DNA of 64,000 nucleotides from Chrysomallon squamiferum (lineage: Eukaryota; Animalia; Mollusca), in NCBI GenBank assembly GCA_012295275.1, contig CM022676.1, forward strand, positions 14,694,001 through 14,758,000, read 5' to 3'. The notes under the pieces are model-generated. The model was not told the origin of the DNA, did not search any database, and saw nothing but the letters and a program-made list of their open reading frames with translations. This document shows, one piece after another, positions 1-11,975 of this stretch (position 1 is its first letter; each line of letters opens with the position of its first letter). A program made the position numbers and the translations under genes.

Positions 1-264
1 TGATGTTTTAACCACTTTAAAATGCAATAATATTACTGTAATTACTTTTAAAAATGCACCTAAAGTTCAAACGTAAAATATGCGAAATAAAATGTACAAA
101 AGACAAAACAAAAGTATAATCAAATAAATAAAAAATAAATAAAATAATAGTAATAAGGAGAGTGCTGCTGCTCTTTAAACTTCAGAAAGAAAAACGAGGA
201 ACACATTTAGAAACGCTAATTCATTGTTGCTGAAACTCTACGTTTTATGACTTAAGTTGTCTAA

Positions 265-840
265 GAAACCAGGTTCTTCTACGATACACTAGATTTACTA
301 GATTGAGTCCTATGGGCGGAGCTACTGATGATAGAGTCATCTGAAAACAGACTCAGTTTGTACAAGCGCTGTACCAGGCCGAGTGGTGTCTCTGTACGTC
401 TGTTGTTAACAGATTTGTTGTATTGTCAGAGTAGTTCAGAGTTGACGCACAGTGCCTGTACATGACTCTTCATTTATCTGCTGCTTTTTTCCCTTCTTCG
501 CAATGTTAATGGAAACCGGAAATGTCGCCAAAATGGCGCTCTGTAAATTGCAGGAGGGTCGCACAAATAGCGATCTGTCGTCATTGCTTATCGCCATTTT
601 TATGAGTGTTGTTATTAATATATATACATTATTTTCTGAAAATAAATCAACCGATTTCGTGTATAATGGAACATATTATGTATCATATTAATAATATTTG
701 TTCTGAAAAAGTAAATTTTGTTGAAAAATATGTAAAAAAAACATTTAAAAAATAAATAAATATAAATGTTCCCGTGTCCTCCAAGTCTTCGTGATGATGG
801 TGTGCAGCTTACGTGACGATAAGAACCTGGAGGACTGTTA
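265..840. promoter_or_regulatory. CpG-enriched promoter-like or small transposon-derived segment
   Basis: GGGCGGAG, CCGGAAAT, CGCCAAAATGGCG and CGCCATTTT motifs. CCAGGTTCTT (269) and GTCCTCCAAGTCTT (776) are inverted relative to AAGAACCTGGAGGAC (821-835). Confidence 0.35.
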
Positions 841-1054
841 ATAGTAACATGACAACTTGTCTCATTATTCTTCTTCTTGTCGTTATTTCTAGTTTTTATA
901 ATCCTTTTGAATGCCTTAATTTTAAACTGACATTGTTAACAAAAGCAAATTTATTTATTTATTAATATTTATTTATTTATTTGTATTATTTTATTTACTT
1001 TATTATTATTCAATGTCTCCATACAAACATTTTTTTAAAAATATTTTGCAGAAT

Positions 1055-1532
1055 TTAGCAGCACTAATGGTAACAACACCAGCAGAAATGGTAGTTGTAG
1101 TTGTAGAGTACTACAATACTTGTACTAGTAGAAACAGTAGTAATAAAAGCAGCAGCAGTAGTTCTAGTAGCCGCAGTTTTTGCAGCAGTACTTGTAGTAG
1201 CAGCAGCAACTGCAGCAGTAATATCTGTATTAATAATAGTAGCAGTGTAGTAGTATTAGTAGTAGCAGTTGTAATAGTAGTAGTCGTGGTAGTAGTAGTA
1301 GTAGAAATAGTATCTACAATAATAATAGTAATTGTAGCAATAGTAGTTGTAGTAGGAACAGTAGTAATTGTAGCAGCAGTAGCAGTTATAGTCGTAGTAG
1401 TAATAGCTGAGTAGTAGTTGTAGCAGCAGACGTAATAATAGCACCACTAGTAGTAACAGTTGTAGTTGTTGTTGTAGTGGCAGTAGTAATAGAAGCAGCA
1501 GCAGCAACAATAGTTGCAGTAGCAGCAGCTCC

Positions 1533-1569
<37 letters not shown>

Positions 1570-1620
1570 CTAGTAGTAGTAGTAGTAATAGTAGTAGTAA
1601 CAGTAGTAGTAGCAGTATAA
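1055..1620. repeat. Degenerate (GTA/GCA/GTT)n trinucleotide low-complexity tract
   Basis: AGTAGT/AGCAGC reiterations; the source of the poly-V/S/L/T ORFs at 1013-1796. Confidence 0.9.
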
Positions 1621-2271
1621 TCACATGCACAATATTTTAAACTGAAATACAAAATGAAAACAAGACACACAATGAAATTATGTCTAAGATGAGTGTACGT
1701 CTCGTAGCACGATTTGTTTACTTTAATCTGACATTCAAACCTGACAAAGTGACACTTGACGACAACAAAGACGTCAGCCACGTGTGCACAAAGCACAAGT
1801 AAAACGAGTCGCCCATACTGAAAGCGTATGATATTTTATATTGTACTATGTTTTACCGATTTGAGTTTTCTTAGTTTGATTATAGTTTTAAGATATATTT
1901 GAGCTAGATTTCTAACAAATAGATCAGTATAGTGTGATGTTTTTTTTATATTGACATGAAAAAACATTGTATACGTCCTGACCTGGAACGTTCACATAAA
2001 GAACTTAATAACAGCATTCTGTCATGTACTTGAATTAGTTTATATTTCCTTCTTATTTTGTTTATTGGAAGTAATTCGGTGGTTGGTGTCGAGTTTATGT
2101 TTATCGTCATTATTGAAATAATTTATCTGCTCACAATGTAGACAAATGTAAATAATTTCATATTTTTACTTTTTATTTCAGCACTTGTATGCAGACTCTG
2201 TATTAAAGTTAATGTATGAAACTGTCATAAATACCACAGGGTTGTTGTTGTTGTTGTTATTATTATTGCTG

Positions 2272-2277
<6 letters not shown>

Positions 2278-2368
<91 letters not shown>

Positions 2369-2380
2369 TTATTATTATTA
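2278..2380. repeat. (TAT)n microsatellite just upstream of the start-codon exon acceptor; equivalents at ~26028-26056 and ~51557-51623
   Basis: Directly visible; tract length differs between the three paralogues. Confidence 0.95.
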
Positions 2381-2398
2381 TTTACTTCTAGTCAAAAC

Positions 2399-4004
2399 AT
2401 GACAATTTCAGTTGCAATTTCTGGTAGGCAGAGAGGAAAACGGATAATGAAATTGATTCAACACGTTTTTCGTACTAGAAAAGACAGCGACGTTAGATTT
2501 CTAGTGGGAGAACACAAAACGGCTATAGAAGCGCATCAGTTTATACTCATCATACGAAGCGAAGTTTTCCAAAAGATGTTCACAAGAGAACTTCGCGAAC
2601 AAAGTGATATTATAATACCTGATGTAGAACCAGACATTTTCACTGAATTCTTAAGGTTTGTTAACGAATCAAAACAAGCAAACACTCAGACACAGAAACA
2701 CAAACACACATTAACAGACACATGTACGAAAACAGTGAGGGACAGGAATTTACTTTCAGGAACGAACATTGATAACAACACAGTTTCTGTTAGTAATGTA
2801 GCCTAATTATTTTTAAGCTCTCATAATTATGTCTCGTTTATAAGTCTTCCTAATCATTATTTTACACAGATATCTTTATACGGATGACGTCGTCCTAACA
2901 GGCAACAACGTCATCGGTCTCCTGTATCTATCGAGTAAGTACTTCATCACAACACTCGAACAGCAGTGTGTGGAATATTTGGAGTCATCGGTGTCGTCAG
3001 AGAATGCATGCGTCGTGCTGGAACAAGCTCACCTGTTTGATAAACGTGATCTAAGAAAGAAAGCTCTGGAATACATTCTGGAAAATGGCGACGAAGTTTT
3101 GAAGTCAGATGAAGTCACTGATCTTTGTCACGAATGTCTGGTTGAGATCATACGATCAAACGAACTGACAGCAGAGGAGGAAAATGTTTTTGAAGCCGCT
3201 TTGAAGTGGGCTGACAGCGCGTGCAGGGCACAGGGAAAGCAAAGAAGTGGAGAAAACAGACGTGAAGCACTGGGAGAGGCAGTGAATCACGTGCGGTATC
3301 CATTACTCGATCAGACGTATTTTGTAAAACAGGTGAGACCCACTAACATACTCACTGAGAAAGAAGTATCCATAATTTTCAAATATTTCCTTTATTCAGA
3401 TGAAGATGTTCCACCATTTAACTCAAACATGAGAACTAAAACAAAACAAAAGAAGATTTTCAAACACTGGATGAAGAGTGATGAAAATGTTTCACCTTTT
3501 AACTGGAATATGAAAACTGGAGTGAGTCGTGGAAAACAGATTACAATAAACCGGCTAGTTAGACTACGTAGATACTATCTGCGATAATCTGGTAAAGAAT
3601 TTGACGCCATTACTTTCTGTGTCAACAAAAACGCTTTTCTGCGCGGATTTCAGTTGTAAGGCGTCTCTGAAACGCGTATCTACGACGTCAGCGCCTTCGT
3701 CACTGACACAAGAACAGACAAAATAATGAACGGATCTACACTGGGCCAGATATATAAACATGTGTCTGACGTGTATGACGTCATGTTCAGATGTCCTGTG
3801 AAGATTACCAAAGACACTGATTACAGCTTGTTTGTTAATACTGAGGAAGGATACACAGACCTTGGTGTTGAAGGTAAATCTGAAATTGTTGTAGACTCTT
3901 TTATTTGTAGATTTTCTGAGTCAAAGAGATCTAAACACAGTCGCGGAGAACTTCGTACGCATGTGAAGACAGGACAAATACCTGCTTTGTTATTTTCAGT
4001 GTAA
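2399..4004 (+). pseudogene. BTB-BACK-PHR gene copy 1 (BTBD3/BTBD6-like); PHR domain interrupted by two in-frame stops (pseudogene or truncated BTB-BACK protein)
   Basis: Exon 2399-2655 encodes BTB (SDVRFLVG..AHQFILIIRSEVFQKMF..IPDVEPDIFTEFL). Phase-2 GT-AG intron 2656-2869. Exon 2 from 2870 reads RYLYTDDVVLTGNNVIGLLYLSSKY, then BACK (EENVFEAALKWA..VRYPLL). TAA at 3585-3587 and 3657-3659 lie in the same frame as the PHR remainder (DAITF..LRGFQL..GQIPALLF, stop ending 4004). Confidence 0.85.
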
Positions 4005-4871
4005 AAAACAACATCGTTCAAGTACTGTCACTGTTAGTCATCACTGGGGTAATATTTTAAGTTTTATTTATTTATTTACGTTTCTTATTTCTGATATATT
4101 CCAATACCAGGGATGACGTCATACATTTGATTTGAAACTTTGTAATGGATTCTCTGTCTATAGTGTACATAAATATCCGATTGCTTTAGTATTGTCATTG
4201 CTGTTGTTGTTGTTCTTTATGCATTTTTTATTAAGTGATTGATGTAGATATATTATGTATCTACTGATTGTTGGACATCACAGTAAGAACTGTTATTTGA
4301 TTTATTTATCCATTTTCTTGTGTTAAGATCGATGTGAAAAATATAAGTAAATTGTATTATTTTGAATATTTACTAAACATAATATTATCAACTGTATGTC
4401 TGTTCATTTATGTTTGTATGATATGTAAAAAAACGAAACGCAGATTCATAAATATCTTCTTTGGTTTATCTATTTTTTTTTTTTTTTTCTGATGTTCAGT
4501 TGGTTTATTTTTGCATTTAATTTCTTGTTAAAATGTAAACAGATGAACCATATAGATAAACAAATAAATGTATGAAGTATTATTATTCTTCTTTTTTTTT
4601 GTTATATTTTTCTTTCTTTTCTGCAAAAACTGTGTAATACACAAAGCTGTAAAATAATAAGTCATGTTCTGAGACAGGATTCCAGGTTAAAATTTGCCTA
4701 TGTATTGGCTTTTTCTACTGTTGTTAACATTTTACATTTGTTACATAATATTTTGGTTGGAGTACTGGTTAGATTAGGAAATAAGCAAAACAGATACTAG
4801 ACAGAGCAGATCCTATAACTACACTTGATATCTGTATTCTGTTCTCAGTCTGTGTTTAACAACAACACATC

Positions 4872-4874
<3 letters not shown>

Positions 4875-4965
<91 letters not shown>
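4875..4965. repeat. (CT)n microsatellite; others at ~28716-28782, 31949-32065, 42968-43044 and 57805-57846
   Basis: Pure TC dinucleotide runs. Confidence 0.95.
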
Positions 4966-6241
4966 GTATAATAAAGGAAATATGTACTTGGTAATTCTCG
5001 TATCGCGTTCCTCTTCTTCTTAAGACTAATTTCTGTTCAAGAGTGAGATATGTATATTAGCTTGCCTAAAATATCACTAACACAGATCATTAGATAATTT
5101 AAAAAGAAAATAAATAAATAAAAAACTGTTTTAAATTATATCATCACAAACTCACACTTACACAAAGGTGCACGGGTACAAATATCACATATTGCACACA
5201 CACACACATATATAAAAAAACATTTGCACATATACACACATAAACACAAATACAACATACACACATAGATACAGACTCATTAATACAACACAGAAATTTT
5301 TGTATAGACCGAATCCTGTTTCACTTTCCAAGTTTTAATCGTAATAATTCTTGTAGGTCACAGATTAGGAAGTGGAAAATAACAAACAAATCAAAACAAA
5401 AACAAATTATTCAGCCCTTTTTGTTTACTTTCATTCAGTGTCACAAGAAAGTTGTCTTTAAATTAGCATTGAGCAGCATCTCAGCATTTTGATGTGATTT
5501 TGCGATTAAAAATACTGTATTTCATTTTAACTCAGATGTTTTTATATGTGTTTTATCTCTTGTCTGGCGTGCGTCTTTCTGATAGTTGTAATCAGTGTTT
5601 ACTTCAGTAAATGTTTAAAATTGGAGAAATAATGACACTTTGACAAGAGATTGTGATGTATTTAAATCAGTATTACCGCAACAACTACTACCTAGGTTTA
5701 CTTTAGTACTCCTATTACTACTACTGTTTGTACAGATATTGCTAACCATTTCACCAGTGTTCCTGCTATTTTACTACAACTACTTCTACTATTTTTAATA
5801 CTTCTTTTACTGTTACAACTTTTTTATTATTGATACAGGTTCTATTGTTATTACCACTTATTCTGTTGCTTCGAATGACACAAATCGTGCTACTAATATT
5901 GCTATTTGTACAACTACTTTTCCGATTACTGCTACTATGACTACTCCTACTATTACTACTGCTAGTAATATTATTACAGGCATTACTGTTATTAGTTACT
6001 AAAACGTGTGTAGCTATTAGTATTGTACTCTTTATTCTACTATTATCACAAGTAGTAGAAGGAAATGTACAAAAAAGGTTTGTCATTGTTGTCGTTGTTT
6101 ATATGAAAATCGTCGTTGTTGTTGTTTATCATTTAAAGTTTTACTATTAATAAATTAACGTGCAACACATCTCTATATTAAATTATGTGATGATTTCTTG
6201 TAATATCATCATCATCATCATCATCTTCATCTTGTTATCAA

Positions 6242-7161
6242 CACTGATTATTAGTATTAGTATTTGTAGTTGTTGTCATTGCTGCTGGTTGTAGTATCGT
6301 TCTCGTTGTTGTTGTATTTTTTGTTTCTTAGTCTTTTTTCACTATCTAAGCTCAGTTATAATCACAAATATATACTAAAGGATCAGAAGAAGCCACTGGA
6401 AATAGACGTGACTTAATTCATTTTGGTACATAAATCTAGTCTATACAATATTGATGTTATAAAATAAATTTGTCATAAAATTAGTTCACTTAGCTATGGA
6501 TTAATTGTATTAATTCAGCGCTGCAGTTGGAACTAAGAGCACAATCAAGTGGTACGGAAGGACACATAGCTGTACCGACATATGCTGTCACACCAGCACT
6601 GACATCCTATTTATAAGAGGTAAAAATACATATGTATGTTACCCTCTTGAAAATAATCCACACTGTTAAAAATATAATTATGGATAACAAGGTATATGTG
6701 ATTAACAAGATTATACATTGAGCATCAGTGATATCAACAACGCAGATATTGGACCATGGAGTTGTATATTTCGTAAAACAGTTTGAATAATCGTCTCTAC
6801 ATCACTGTTCAATGTAAGTAGTTTTTAACTTGTTACGTGATAATATAATACACTCACACCTTCATCTGACTTACTTAATTGTTACTGTACAAAGATAACA
6901 CATTTATACCACAGGATTATCTAGAATTCGATAACAGCACTTTAAGAAGAAATTAGTGACCAAAAAATTAACTTGGCATCTTGTCTCTTTCTTTAATGTT
7001 AACAAGGAATCTTTGACTCTAACACAGGAAATGAAACATGTCTTTCTTCTTTTCTTAGCCGCCAAAACATACAGATTCAGACAGATGTCGTTAGGTTGTT
7101 CATGTTTAAAAATTAGAAAATACGTCCAAGGCGAAAATGATTTATTTATAAAAGAAAAAAA

Positions 7162-7192
<31 letters not shown>

Positions 7193-8728
7193 GAAAATAA
7201 ATAAATAAATAAAAGTCTCTTCAGTTAAGCATTGTGAAGAGTGTCTTGCTGATCAGTCCACGGTATACTGGAACACAAATCCAGCAAATCAGTGCCATTC
7301 ACTGCTAAAGAGTTGTGGAGAAATCCCGTGTTACAATAAAGGCGCAGTTCATGCCCGATAGGTCCAGGGATTTTCGTATGATATTGTTTTGGTGTGCCCT
7401 TTTAAAGCAGAACGACTGATACAATTTATATTTGTTTATTATTATAATACGGTAATATTTATTTAGCTATCGTATATAATCATGTTTATAAATTCATATT
7501 TATATAGTTCTTCAACCTTTAGCTAATTATTGTCAGGTAATGGGGGTAACTACACAAAAACTAAATAGCAGAGAGTATGCAGACGTCCATGGGCTGTTTA
7601 GAAGTTGTATTTTATAATTAGGGGAAATTCAGTTACTTTATAAACTAAGAAACACTGGGATTAATAAACTTAAAATTGGCAAAATCTAAACAGTTTTATG
7701 AAGTAACATTCACTTTTTTGATAACAATATACTAAGGTAACAATGAAAGTGTTAACATGACTGTATGTGTGTATTACAGTTACTTAATCTAAATGTATCC
7801 ACTGATTATTAGTATTAGTATTTGTAGTTGTTGTCATTGCTGCTGGTTGTAGTATCGTTCTCGTTGTTGTTGTATTTTTTGTTTCTTAGTCTTTTTCACT
7901 ATCTAAGCTCAGTTATAATCACAAATATATACTAAAGGATCAGAAGAAGCCACTGGAAATAGACGTGACTTAATTCATTTTGGTACATAAATCTAGTCTA
8001 TACAATATTGATGTTATAAAATAAATTTGTCATAAAATTAGTTCACTTAGCTATGGATTAATTGTATTAATTCAGCGCTGCAGTTGGAACTAAGAGCACA
8101 ATCAAGTGGTACGGAAGGACACATAGCTGTACCGACATATGCTGTCACACCAGCACTGACATCCTATTTATAAGAGGTAAAAATACATATGTATGTTACC
8201 CTCTTGAAAATAATCCACACTGTTAAAAATATAATTATGGATAACAAGGTATATGTGATTAACAAGATTATACATTGAGCATCAGTGATATCAACAACGC
8301 AGATATTGGACCATGGAGTTGTATATTTCGTAAAACAGTTTGAATAATCGTCTCTACATCACTGTTCAATGTAAGTAGTTTTTAACTTGTTACGTGATAA
8401 TATAATACACTCACACCTTCATCTGACTTACTTAATTGTTACTGTACAAAGATAACACATTTATACCACAGGATTATCTAGAATTCGATAACAGCACTTT
8501 AAGAAGAAATTAGTGACCAAAAAATTAACTTGGCATCTTGTCTCTTTCTTTAATGTTAACAAGGAATCTTTGACTCTAACACAGGAAATGAAACATGTCT
8601 TTCTTCTTTTCTTAGCCGCCAAAACATACAGATTCAGACAGATGTCGTTAGGTTGTTCATGTTTAAAAATTAGAAAATACGTCCAAGGCGAAAATGATTT
8701 ATTTATAAAAGAAAAAAAAAAAAAAAAA

Positions 8729-8759
<31 letters not shown>

Positions 8760-9379
8760 GAAAATAAATAAATAAATAAAAGTCTCTTCAGTTAAGCATT
8801 GTGAAGAGTGTCTTGCTGATCAGTCCACGGTATACTGGAACACAAATCCAGCAAATCAGTGCCATTCACTGCTAAAGATCAACAGTCAGAGTTGTGGAGA
8901 AATCCCGTGTTACAATAAAGGCGCAGTTCATGCCCGATAGGTCCAGGGATTTTCGTATGATATTGTTTTGATGTGCCCTTTTAAAGCAGAACGACTGATA
9001 CAATTTATATTTGTTTATTATTATAATACGGTAATATTTATTTAGCTATCGTATATAATCATGTTTATAAATTCATATTTATATAGTTCTTCAACCTTTA
9101 GCTAATTATTGTCAGGTAATGGGGGTAACTACACAAAAACTAAATAGCAGAGAGTATGCAGACGTCCATGGGCTGTTTAGAAGTTGTATTTTATAATTAG
9201 GGGAAATTCAGTTACTTTATAAACTAAGAAACACTGGGATTAATAAACTTAAAATTGGCAAAATCTAAACAGTTTTATGAAGTAACATTCACTTTTTTGA
9301 TAACAATATACTAAGGTAACAATGAAAGTGTTAACATGACTGTATGTGTGTATTACAGTTACTTAATCTAAATGTATCC
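6242..9379 (+). repeat. Near-perfect tandem duplication of ~1.56 kb (6242-7799 / 7800-9378)
   Basis: CACTGATTATTAGTATTAG starts at 6242 and 7800, and both units end TTAATCTAAATGTATC. ORFs 6956 and 8513 are nearly identical. Differences seen: homopolymer/microsatellite lengths, a 12 nt indel near 8879-8890 and one substitution. Confidence 0.95.
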
Positions 9380-10069
9380 TCTGTCTAGCAAATTCACTCA
9401 ATTTCTAATCAATGGCTGACGAAGAAACACTGCGATCAATAAACTCAAAATTGGCAAAATCTTAACATTTTTATAAAGTAACGTTCACTTTTTTAATATT
9501 CAATATACTAATGTATCAATTAAAATATCAACATGACTGTCTGTTACTACATCTAAAGTCACTTTCTAATCAATGGCTGACTTCTCACATGTGACTGGAT
9601 GTTTCACAAAAAATTCTTCCTCTGTTTTTGTTGTCAGCTCAGACTAGTAGACTGTCTCCTGGGCTGATCTGACACTGGATTCTAACAAAGACAAATTATT
9701 TATATCACTGATTCTGAAGGAATTCAAAAAATAAATAAAGAAAATAAAGAAACAATTTTTTTCATATTAAGTATATAATTAAAAGTAAAAAGAATAAAAA
9801 ATGTAAAAATAAATATACAAATTAATTATGAAAAAAGAACAAACAAACGATACATAAAAAATGATAAAACATATATGATATCTGTATATCTATCTGTAGT
9901 TAAACAAAAAAGTAAATACAAACAGAAATAAAAATAACAAAAAATAAAAAATAAGGAAAAGAAGGCAATCATCTTTTGAGTTTAATGTCTCATATCATGT
10001 TTATATTCACCTTTTAACACAGATTGCTTTAAAAGCCTAGATGCTGTATTAATGAAAACATTTGAGAAA

Positions 10070-10220
10070 GCAGCTTACCTCTCAGTTGTGTTGTACATCA
10101 TTAACATATTAAAACTGTGAGTAAATATATTACCACTGACAAATGAGCAGGTTACCTCTCAGTTGTGTTGTGCATCATTAACATATTAAAACTATGAGTA
10201 AAAATATTACCACTGACAAC
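10070..10220. repeat. ~77 bp tandem duplication copying a minus-strand splice donor
   Basis: TTACCTCTCAGTTGTGTTGT.CATCATTAACATATTAAAACT..ATTACCACTGACAA occurs twice in tandem. Confidence 0.85.
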
Positions 10221-11975
10221 TGCAGCTGCTGAACTCTGTTTGTGAACTTGAATATGCTGGAAGCAACCCACCAGAACACAGCAACCTCTCTGGGGATGGA
10301 TTCAAGCTGGGTTCTGTCTGTGATTGGAATTTAGAGCTGACGTCAAATCAAACATTCCTGAAACAGAATTGAACACAGTTTCAATATCTCCATTATCAAC
10401 CAGCTCCATTCAAGAATCCCTGTAATAAATATAAATATTTTTGATTAATATCATTATTAACTGTTATGAACTGTACAACTAAAACTTAGAAAGGATGTGT
10501 AATAAATTAAACAGATATTTAAAAAAAAATAAAAAGTAACTAAACATTAATAAACAGTATTTTCACCAGTATGAATACAGTTTCCTGCAGTGTGAATTAA
10601 TATAGTTATTACTACATTAGTTTATTTTAATCTAAAATCTAAAACCTCAGAAAAATAATTAATTGAACATAAACCAAATAAAAAAGTAAATAATTAATTT
10701 GTACTATAATATAGTTTGATATTATGTGTAAAATAGCTGAAGAGATACATTTTTTGTATAGAATATATATAAATGAAAGGGAAGTTTGAGACTAATCTGT
10801 TAGTATATTAAGACAGAGAACTATTATTAGTTTGTTTTACCTAATCACTAAGAACTTGAACTAGGTGCCTGTAAATCTTACACTATTGTTACCAGAATAT
10901 TCTTTGTGTGACAAATATGCTGAATCTTCCTTCACAGAACTTGGGCACTGCTGAACAAAAACATCTCCTTGAACTCTTTCATTGCTGCACTGGAGACATC
11001 TTTCTCACAGTCAGTCTAGATAATCTGTGGCTTCAGGTTAAAGTTTTGTTCAGCTTCAAACTTCAACAGTTGAAAGACTGAGACATATGCAGCTCGGGTC
11101 TTGTTTTGAAGGAGCATGTAAACAACAGGTACATGATGTCCTGGAATTCTGCATGAAGAGTGTAAAACCAATGTTTCATATCACAGATTCTTAAAACCTG
11201 CTGCAATGAGACCTGATGAATTACCTCCCTTTCTCGCTTGTCTGAGTGTATTGGTTTCCATGGATATTGTACCTGTCAAATATAGAACTGCTACCTGCAC
11301 AAGATACTCATAATCTTGAAATAATTTAAAATTTATTAAGTTCATGAAAACAAAACTGAAAAAAAAAAAGAAAAAAAAAAGAAAGAAGAATAAATAAATA
11401 AAGAAGAAAAAAGAGTAATAATAATAATAAAGAAATGATGAAATATTATGCTAAGAACAATATTAATGTATGATAATTTCTTTGATTTTGCTTCTGGAGA
11501 GAAGTACTGCATCAATTACCATAACAAGTTACCAAAATACTTAAATAAATGCTTCTTTGTTTAACAATATAAAACAGTTCATTCACCGAAGTCAAGATTG
11601 CATTTGTTTGGTTATCAAAACATCATAATGAAAGTATTCAGTAATTTTACAATGTAATTTTCTAGTCATAATTTTAAGTCACAAGTTTTTATATCATTTT
11701 ATTTACAAGGTGCAAAATTAAGATTTTTAGTTAAAGCATTAAACCTTTGATTTAAGATTAAATGAAATATCATTCCCTCAAAGAGAGGTAATACAGAGAA
11801 CTGTTACAACTAACTTTGCTGCAGAATTAGAAACACCATGACAACATTTCTAGCAAATCCACTCACATTTCCATTGACAAGGCCAGAGATCTTTCTGTGA
11901 TATCTTTGAAAAGACCAACAGGGTTTCCAGGGATGTCCAAATAATCAAGAATTTCATTTGCCTAACTTCTGAATC
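10156..11975 (-). pseudogene. VPS13D: Decayed, intron-containing fragment of a VPS13D-like C-terminal region (possibly extending ~9600-13260)
   Basis: Exon ~11975-11814 translates with frameshifts to RS*ANEILDYLDIPGNPVGLFKDITE/ISGLVNGNVSGFARNV/HGVSNSAAK, matching recalled VPS13D SQAAxILGSVDFLGNPxGL..GNVGGL..NVTHGVSNSAAK. Exon 10419-10156 gives GFLNGAG..TVFNSVSGMFDLTS..RGCC/SGGLLPAYSSSQTE (cf. PRCC.G..GLLPRYS.SQAE). Confidence 0.75.
10925..11262 (-). mobile_element. Internally deleted Mutator-like (MULE) transposase remnant
   Basis: Minus strand reads YTLHAEF/GHHVPVVYMLLQNKTRAAYVSVFQLLK..NLKPQII*TDCEKDVSSAAMKEF..AQVL*R. This fits the MULE core pattern YTIH..G..VPLVY.LL..K....Y..LF...P..I..DFE.A...A....F..Q.LWR. 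Contains stops and frameshifts. Confidence 0.8.

Larger units (their letters stand above)
1640..4600 (+). repeat. Older, more diverged third copy of the BTB gene unit with flanks
   Basis: Upstream 1680-2240 matches 24720-25320 and 50260-50850 (AAGATGAGTGTAC..AATCTGACATTCAAACC..AAGTGACACTTGA). The 3' flank matches from 27590 onward (CTGTCACT.TTAGTCATCACTGG, GATGACGTCATACA, TAAGAACTG.TATTT). Confidence 0.85.

Noticed and set aside
1013-2391. ORFs with poly-L/V/T/Y/S runs (also 20038, 23825, 23902, 28596, 31071, 31875, 48107, 51372 and similar)
   Set aside because: Translations of microsatellites that lack stops in some frames; no domain content.
3585-3659. Stop-codon reassignment explaining the two in-frame TAA codons
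   Set aside because: TAA is the normal terminator of copies 1 and 3, and the two stops align with different residues (Cys/Ser and Tyr) in the paralogues.
6956-8731. Two near-identical 70-72 aa ORFs
   Set aside because: GTG start, no recognisable domain; the identity is due to the 1.56 kb tandem duplication.
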